Program-made: the position numbers and the translations under genes
Shown here: piece after piece, positions 26,654 through 32,904 of the stretch
Numbering within the stretch: the stretch's first letter is position 1
Layout: each line of letters starts with the position of its first letter
Assembly: GCA_039589315.1 (NCBI GenBank)
Contig: JBDHHQ010000049.1
Span: 1-32,904 of the forward strand
Source of the DNA: Gemmatimonadota bacterium
GTDB taxonomy: Bacteria; Gemmatimonadota; Gemmatimonadetes; Longimicrobiales; Gaopeijiaceae
Direction: 5' to 3'
Length of the DNA stretch: 32,904 nt
The notes under the pieces: generated by a model
Told to the model about the DNA's origin: nothing
The model's database searches: none
The model's input: the letters and a program-made list of their open reading frames with translations, nothing else

Positions 26654-29600
26654 ATGCTCTCTCTTCGAACCGCCGTCCTCACCTTGGCGATCACCGGTCT
26701 CACCATCACGGTCACCACTTTGGCCCAAGCACAAGGCACCGAGGAGGGCGGTGCCTCCACCCTCGCCGAGGCGGCCCGCACCCTCGAATGGCGGCCCATC
26801 GGACCCGCCGTCATCAGCGGCCGTGTCTCGAACCTGGCCATCCACCCCACGAAGCGCTCCACTTGGTACGTGGCCACTGCCTCTGGCGGTTTGTGGAAGA
26901 CCACCAACGCCGGCACGACGTTCGATCCGATCTTCGACAACGAAGGCTCGTACTCCATCGGTGTGGTCACCTTGAGCCCCTGCAACGCGAACACGGTCTG
27001 GGTGGGCACCGGCGAGAACAACGCGCAACGCTCGGTCTCTTACGGCGACGGCGTCTACAAGTCTGAAGACGGTGGGCGCAGCTGGACCAACACGGGCCTC
27101 GGTGAGTCGTCGCAGATCGGCTCGATCGTCATCGACCCACGGGACTGCAACACGGTCTACGTGGCCGCGCACGGCAAGGTCTTCGGCGGCGGTGGCGAAC
27201 GCGGCCTCTTCAAGACGACCGATGGGGGTGAGACGTGGGACCTGGTGCTCGAGACCGAGAACGAGTGGACCGGCGTGAACGAAGTCGTCATGGACCCGCG
27301 CGACCCGGACATGCTGCTCGCCGTGACCTGGCAACGTAACCGGCGTCAGTTCGGTTACATCGCCGGAGGCCCCGGCTCCAGCATCTGGCGCTCCAGCGAC
27401 GGTGGCGAGACCTGGACCGACTCCAAGAGCGGCTTGCCCTCGTCCGAGCTGGGCCGGATCGGTCTCGCGAAGTCTCCTGCGAACCCCGACGTGGTGTACG
27501 CCATCGTCGAAGCGGCGTCGAACGGTGGATTCTACAGATCCACCGACAACGGTGTGTCGTGGGAGCGCCGGAGCGACCGCGCGACCGTCGGCCTCTACTA
27601 TCAGGAGATCTTCGCCGATCCCGAGAACGTGGACCGCGTGTACGCCATGGACACGCGTACGTGGATCACGAATGACGGCGGTGAGAGCTTCGAGCTCCTG
27701 GGCGAAGCGAACAAGCACGTCGACAATCACGCGCTCTGGATCGACCCCGACGACACCGACCACCTCCTCATCGGCTGTGACGGAGGGCTGTACGAGAGCT
27801 GGGACCGGGGCCAGACGTACCGGTGGTTCGAAAACCTCCCCCTGGGCCAGTTCTACCGGGTCGAGGTCGACAGCCTCCGACCCTTCTACCGTGTCTATGG
27901 CGGCACTCAGGACAACAGCTCTGTGGGCGGTCCGTCGCAGACGCGCACGCGCCGGGGCGCGCGGAACGCCGACTGGTTCCTGACCCAGGGCGGCGACGGA
28001 TTCTACTCGCGCATCGATCCCATCAACCCGAACATCGTCTACGCGGAATCACAGCACGCGGGACTCACGCGCTTCAACCTGGAGACCGGCGAGCGCGTCT
28101 CCATTCGCCCTGAAGGCGCGCTCGACGAGGCGCTCGCATGGCACTGGGACGCGCCCCTGATCATCAGCCCGCACAACCCCGCTCGGCTCTATTTCGCGGC
28201 CAACCGCATCTTCAAGTCCGAGGACCGGGGGTCGAGCTGGACGTATGCCAGTCCTGACCTCACCAAGGGCATCGATCGCAACCGTTTGCAGATGATGGGA
28301 CGCGTGTGGGGTGTCGATGCGGTGGGCAAGAACCGGTCGACCTCCGTCTGGGGCGCCGTCGTGAGCCTTGCCGAGTCGCCGCTGCAAGAAGGGTTGCTGT
28401 TCGCGGGGACCGACGACGGCATGATCCAGATCAGCGAGGACGGGGGGTCCAACTGGCGCGCCATTCCATCCGTCGGTGACGCGGTGCCCGACACCACGTT
28501 CGTCACGGACATTCAGCCGTCATGGCACGACCCGAATACCGTCTACGTGGCTTTCGACAACCACAAAGCGGGTGACTACGGCCCCTACATCGCCCGGTCC
28601 AAGGACCTGGGCCGGACATGGGCGGTCATCCAGAGCGACCTCCCCGAGCGGGGAACGGTCTACACGATTCTCGAAGACTACAAGAACCCAAACCTGCTGT
28701 TCGCCGGCACCGAGTTCGGCGCATTCTTCTCCAATGACGGCGGCGGGAGCTGGTCCGAGTTGGGCGCGGGCCTGCCCACGATCCAGGTGCGGGACATGGT
28801 GTTCCAGACCCAACACGACGACCTCGTGATCGCCACGTTCGGCCGGGGCTTCTACGTGTTCGACCGGCTCGAGCAGCTCCGCGCGCTGACGCCCGGGTTC
28901 ATGGCCGGGGAAGGGGGCCTGCTTCCGGTGACGGACATTCCCATGTTCGTCGCCTCGAACCCGGATCCGGGCTGGCAGGGCGCGACGTGGTGGTCGGCGG
29001 ACAACCCGCCGGGCGGAGCCACCTTCCGGTACTACCGCAGAGACGCCATCCGCACGATGAAGGAGGAACGCGAACGCGCCGACCGCGCGGCGGCGGGGCG
29101 TGGTGAGGACGTGTTCTATCCATCGTGGGATTCGCTCCGCTTGGAGGACACCGAGGTTCCGGCGCAGATGATCCTCACCATTCACGACCCCGAGGGCACG
29201 CTCGTCTCGCGCCTGAGTGGCCGGACGTCGAGCGGGGTCACGACTGTGCGCTGGAACCTCCGCTATCCGTCGGCGACGCCCATCGGTGGCGGCGGGGGCG
29301 GGGGCGGCTTCTTCGGCGGAGGCGGCTTCGACGGGGGCGGTGGCGCGCACAACGGCCCGTACATCATCCCCGGGACCTACACCGTGAGCCTGGCCACCTT
29401 CCAGGACGGCGTCCTGACCGAGCTCGGCGAGCCCCAGCCGTTCGATGTGTTCATGCTGTTCGAGGGCCAGCGCACGCCCGAAGTGATGGCCTTCCAGAAG
29501 GAGGTCCAGCGACTGCAACGGGCGGTCCTGGGCGCGAATGCCGCCGCCGGCGAAGCGCAGACCATGGTCGACGATCTGGAGACCGCGTTCGAGCGCGTGC

Positions 29601-29965
29601 CTCTGGACCAAAGCGATCAGATTCAGAACGACATCGAAGCGCTCCGGAGCAACCTGCGCGAAGTGCAGTGGGAGCTGAACGGCGATCCGACGCTTCGCCA
29701 GCGAGCCGAGGCGTCACCCACTTCGGTCTCTCAGCGCCTCGGCCGGATCACGGGTGGAGCTTGGAGTGGCACGCTCACTGAAATCACCGGGATGCATCGC
29801 GAGCAGTATCAGGTGATCGGAGACGAGTTCGTGACGATCCTGGAGCGGTTGAGGATTCTGATCGAGCAGGACCTACAGTCCCTGCAAGATCTGGCAGATG
29901 AGGTGGGCGCGCCGTGGACGTCCGGCAGGCTGCCGATCTGGAGTGGAGTCAGGATCATCTCCTAG
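26654..29965 (+). CDS. Secreted VPS10/sortilin-like (BNR/Asp-box repeat) glycosyl hydrolase-like protein
   Basis: Signal peptide, WRPIGPA..SGR, many Asp-box repeats (S.DGG.TW), GGTQDN, and a C-terminal helical region. Confidence 0.88.
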   Translation: MLSLRTAVLTLAITGLTITVTTLAQAQGTEEGGASTLAEAARTLEWRPIGPAVISGRVSNLAIHPTKRSTWYVATASGGLWKTTNAGTTFDPIFDNEGSYSIGVVTLSPCNANTVWVGTGENNAQRSVSYGDGVYKSEDGGRSWTNTGLGESSQIGSIVIDPRDCNTVYVAAHGKVFGGGGERGLFKTTDGGETWDLVLETENEWTGVNEVVMDPRDPDMLLAVTWQRNRRQFGYIAGGPGSSIWRSSDGGETWTDSKSGLPSSELGRIGLAKSPANPDVVYAIVEAASNGGFYRSTDNGVSWERRSDRATVGLYYQEIFADPENVDRVYAMDTRTWITNDGGESFELLGEANKHVDNHALWIDPDDTDHLLIGCDGGLYESWDRGQTYRWFENLPLGQFYRVEVDSLRPFYRVYGGTQDNSSVGGPSQTRTRRGARNADWFLTQGGDGFYSRIDPINPNIVYAESQHAGLTRFNLETGERVSIRPEGALDEALAWHWDAPLIISPHNPARLYFAANRIFKSEDRGSSWTYASPDLTKGIDRNRLQMMGRVWGVDAVGKNRSTSVWGAVVSLAESPLQEGLLFAGTDDGMIQISEDGGSNWRAIPSVGDAVPDTTFVTDIQPSWHDPNTVYVAFDNHKAGDYGPYIARSKDLGRTWAVIQSDLPERGTVYTILEDYKNPNLLFAGTEFGAFFSNDGGGSWSELGAGLPTIQVRDMVFQTQHDDLVIATFGRGFYVFDRLEQLRALTPGFMAGEGGLLPVTDIPMFVASNPDPGWQGATWWSADNPPGGATFRYYRRDAIRTMKEERERADRAAAGRGEDVFYPSWDSLRLEDTEVPAQMILTIHDPEGTLVSRLSGRTSSGVTTVRWNLRYPSATPIGGGGGGGGFFGGGGFDGGGGAHNGPYIIPGTYTVSLATFQDGVLTELGEPQPFDVFMLFEGQRTPEVMAFQKEVQRLQRAVLGANAAAGEAQTMVDDLETAFERVPLDQSDQIQNDIEALRSNLREVQWELNGDPTLRQRAEASPTSVSQRLGRITGGAWSGTLTEITGMHREQYQVIGDEFVTILERLRILIEQDLQSLQDLADEVGAPWTSGRLPIWSGVRIIS

Positions 29966-30058
29966 CGTCGATGTGGAGGCCGTGGGCTCAGCGCTCGTGA
30001 GCGGACGGAGTGATCAGCACGCCGTCGGCCTGGTCGCTCGTCGGCTCCTGACGATGTG

Positions 30059-30784
30059 TCAACCATCCCAGATCGGGCTGTCCGCGAGCCAGTGATGGAC
30101 CAGGTGGAGAACCACGACGACGCCTGGAATCACGATCCAGAACGTGGCCCCGATCGCCAGAATCACCGCGCCGGCGCTCGAGACGCGGAAATCCGTCCAC
30201 CAGATCTCGGGACGGATCACGACGAAGGCAACCAGGAGGGCGACGAAGGTGTGCGAGACGAGAAGGGCACCCGGTCGGTGCTCGGGCCATCGAGCCAGCG
30301 CGTTCGACAGCGCTCGAACTCCAGCCGTGGCAGCCCAGGCCATCGCCAGGAGTCCGCAAGCCCATCCGATCAGCGCTCCCGACAGGATCGAGGCGCTGCC
30401 AACCTCCAAGGCGACGGTGGTCATGGCGAGCCAGAGCGCAGCCACCCAGGAAACGAGCAGCAAGGGGACGGCCCAGAGCGCAGCTACTTCGATCGCCCGG
30501 ATGACTTGGGCGCGGCCGACCCCCTCGGGGCGTCCGACCAGGCCCAGAATCGATCCGTGGACGAATCCCGCCAATGCACCGAGGCCGAAGAGCGCCGTGC
30601 CGACGTAGGGGAGCGATGAGGAATCGGCAACACCCGCGAGAATGGCGTCGACCAGCAACAGACCTCCAACGAAGCCGCCCGCAACGGTCCACGACAGAGC
30701 GACGCGACCCGGGAAGCCTTCTTCAGCCGCGAGACCTCGGGTGAGGTTGCTCCACGCGCTCCCTGCTTTCGCAGAATCTGCCAT
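30059..30784 (-). CDS. Hypothetical multi-pass membrane protein
   Basis: About six hydrophobic segments; GGAG upstream of the ATG. Confidence 0.75.
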   Translation of the reverse strand: MADSAKAGSAWSNLTRGLAAEEGFPGRVALSWTVAGGFVGGLLLVDAILAGVADSSSLPYVGTALFGLGALAGFVHGSILGLVGRPEGVGRAQVIRAIEVAALWAVPLLLVSWVAALWLAMTTVALEVGSASILSGALIGWACGLLAMAWAATAGVRALSNALARWPEHRPGALLVSHTFVALLVAFVVIRPEIWWTDFRVSSAGAVILAIGATFWIVIPGVVVVLHLVHHWLADSPIWDG

Positions 30785-31263
30785 CAGCCCGACTCCATGA
30801 TCCGAAAGCTACGCCCCGTCGAGGGCACGCACCTACCCCTGAACCAGCATATCGAAAAGCCCCGGTGGGGGACCGCTCGAAGTCGGGTGCCGTCGGATCA
30901 GAAGTGACCGCCACGCGCTCTCTGACCCATACTCAAGATCGGCGTCGGCCCGGAGGAGACCTGTAAGAGATCGCTTGATCCTTGATGTGGGGAGATTCCC
31001 CATTATCCCCGCTCGCCGGCAGTCTCGAGCTCCGGCCCGGTACGGGAGCCGTCGGAGCGCGGTTGCCCCGCCCCGGGACCAGTGGGTCGGCGCCGCCACC
31101 CGGGCCCGGGTGATTACGAGCTGGCGCGGCCCCGTCAATCTGGTGGCTGCTTGACCGGGCCAGCCCGCTCTGCACTCCCCTACGGCCTTGCCATCACTCC
31201 CCACCCAACTCTACCGTGCGCACAGGCCCTCGACACCGATTCTCTCTCCTGCTCGGTAGGTGC

Positions 31264-32904
31264 ATGAACGTCCTTGTGACAGGCGCTACCGGCTACATCG
31301 GCGCTCGTCTCGTTCCGCTACTCCTCGAGCGCGGGCATTCCGTCCGGGTGCTCGTACGAGATCCTCTCCGCGTGTCGGACCGACCCTGGGCGGACCGCGT
31401 GGAGATCGTCCATGCCGACCTGCGCCAGCCGGAAACGCTCAGCGGAGCCTTCCAAGGGATTGACACGGCCTACTTCCTGATCCACTCGATGCACGCCGGC
31501 CCCGACTTCGATCAACAGGATCGCGAGGTGGCAACGAACTTTTGTCGTTCCGCCGCTTCGGTTCGCCACGTCATCTACCTCGGCGGCCTCCTTCCGCAAC
31601 GGGAGGCGGACGGCAAGCGTTCGGTCTCCAGGCACCTGCTCAGCCGGGCCGAGACCGGCCGCATCCTGTCGCGCCACTTCCCGGTGACCGAGCTGCGCGC
31701 GGGTCCGATCATCGGCTCCGGCTCCGCCTCGTTCGAGATGATGCGCTACATCACGGAGCGCTTCCCCGTGGTGTTCGCGCCGAGTTGGATCGACAACGCG
31801 GTGCCGCCGATCTCGGTCACGGACGTCCTCCGTTACCTGGTGCTGGCCCTCGAACGTGGGCCGTGCGGTGTGGTGGAGATCGGTGACGACCCGATCTCCT
31901 ATCGGCAGATGATGCTCGGCTATGCCGAGGTCCGGCGGCTGCGTCGTCGCGTGATCGCGGTGCCATGGTTCTTTCCCGTTCGACTGGGCGCGAGATCGAT
32001 CGGCCTGTGGACACCGGTTCCCGCCTCTGTTGCCGCTCCCCTGATCGAGGGCATGGCGAAGCCGTTGCGGGCGCAGCGCTACCGCGCTCGCCGCTTGTTC
32101 CCGGACGTGCACCCGATGAGCTACCGGCGTGCCCTGGAGGTCGCTCTGGCGCAGACCGAGGAGCGGGCGGTGGAAACGCGCTGGAGTCGCGCGAGAAGCG
32201 AAGCGATCGACTACGGCTTCCGGGACGTGGAAGGACTCATTCGAGACACCCGGAAGATGCGCATGAACGTGCGCCCCGGGGCAGTCTTCCAGGTGCTGTC
32301 CCGCCTCGGTGGGAAGCGCGGCTGGCCCGGTTGGGACTGGATGTATCGACTCTATGGACTGGTGAATCGCGTCCTCGGGGGCCCCGGCCTGCATCGGGGG
32401 CGGCACGATCCCGAGGAGCTTCGGCCCGGTGAGGCGATCGACAACTGGCGCGTGGAGGCGGTAGCCGCTCCGCACCTCTTGCGCCTCTACGCCGAGGTTC
32501 GCTTCCCCGGCCGGACCTGGCTGGAGTGGAGAGTCGAGTCCAGGAACGGACGCACGTTCGTGACCCAGACGGCGACCGTAGCGCTGAGAGGACTGCCGGG
32601 GTTCGTCTACTGGTACGCGCTGTTTCCGTTTCACCGCTTGTTCTTCGCGCAGACCCTGCGGGCGATCTGCAAAGAGGCGGCCCGGATCGAGCGTTCGGTG
32701 TCGGTGCAGTCCGGGAAGACGGCTCCTCCGGTACCGACCAAGGGTATCTGGGGCGACGTGCTGGAGTTCTTCCTCCGCCGACCGCCAACCTCCACGTTGA
32801 TCGAGTTCCAGACTCAGGCCGATCGGCAGGAATACAGCCTCCGGATGATGCAGAGGCTGGGTATCGACGTGACCTCCTACTCCGTTCTGAACCTGCACAG
32901 GATC
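31264..32904 (+). CDS. YbjT-like NAD(P)-binding SDR + DUF2867 protein with extra C-terminal region (3'-truncated by the window)
   Basis: Not in the ORF track because it has no stop. Hand translation gives MNVLVTGATGYIG, AYFLIHSM, IIGSGSASFEM, LGGKRGW, IDNWRVEA, YWYALFPFH; 547 codons are open to the window end. Confidence 0.9.
   Translation, partial: MNVLVTGATGYIGARLVPLLLERGHSVRVLVRDPLRVSDRPWADRVEIVHADLRQPETLSGAFQGIDTAYFLIHSMHAGPDFDQQDREVATNFCRSAASVRHVIYLGGLLPQREADGKRSVSRHLLSRAETGRILSRHFPVTELRAGPIIGSGSASFEMMRYITERFPVVFAPSWIDNAVPPISVTDVLRYLVLALERGPCGVVEIGDDPISYRQMMLGYAEVRRLRRRVIAVPWFFPVRLGARSIGLWTPVPASVAAPLIEGMAKPLRAQRYRARRLFPDVHPMSYRRALEVALAQTEERAVETRWSRARSEAIDYGFRDVEGLIRDTRKMRMNVRPGAVFQVLSRLGGKRGWPGWDWMYRLYGLVNRVLGGPGLHRGRHDPEELRPGEAIDNWRVEAVAAPHLLRLYAEVRFPGRTWLEWRVESRNGRTFVTQTATVALRGLPGFVYWYALFPFHRLFFAQTLRAICKEAARIERSVSVQSGKTAPPVPTKGIWGDVLEFFLRRPPTSTLIEFQTQADRQEYSLRMMQRLGIDVTSYSVLNLHRI

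Noticed and set aside
29285..29345. Poly-Gly/Phe low-complexity tract in the VPS10 protein as a repeat element
   Set aside because: It is an in-frame flexible linker that is common in this protein family, not an independent repeat.
30878..30892. Possible sigma54 promoter on the minus strand (CGGCAC-n5-TTCG)
   Set aside because: It lacks the required -12 GC dinucleotide.
31318..32898. 526-aa minus-strand ORF, and similar long shadow ORFs (22495-24405, 10449-11867, 26648-27763, 3597-4652)
   Set aside because: These are antisense or off-frame shadows of recognisable genes with no motifs, typical of high-GC genomes.
1..32904. CRISPR arrays, tRNA/rRNA, integrases, transposases, defence or biosynthetic gene clusters
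   Set aside because: No regularly spaced repeats, cloverleaf motifs or recognisable mobile/defence proteins were found by eye, apart from the broken vapBC.

Overview
A GC-rich bacterial chromosomal window. Gemmatimonadota is suggested by the ADOP permease, VPS10-type glycosidase and lipoprotein content, but this is inference only. Content is mostly housekeeping and envelope genes: the end of a TonB-dependent receptor, trxC, argR, argH, a divergent aroF-fbaB / rpiA-rpe cluster, an Hpt + receiver + MASE3-PAS-PAS kinase set, a TIGR01777 protein, trmH, DUF429, several lipoproteins, an ADOP permease, a DsrE-like protein, a CoA-binding protein, an M19 dipeptidase, yjbQ, argG, a VPS10/BNR glycosidase and an extended YbjT-like protein running off the end. 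I found no CRISPR array, tRNA, rRNA or intact mobile element, and no clearly novel multi-gene system. The best leads are: a long structured leader between an ARG-box promoter and argH; a short AT-rich island with DnaA-box/IHF-like motifs between convergent genes; a Thermotoga/eukaryote-like argG displaced from argR-argH; and a vapBC pair collapsed by an internal deletion.
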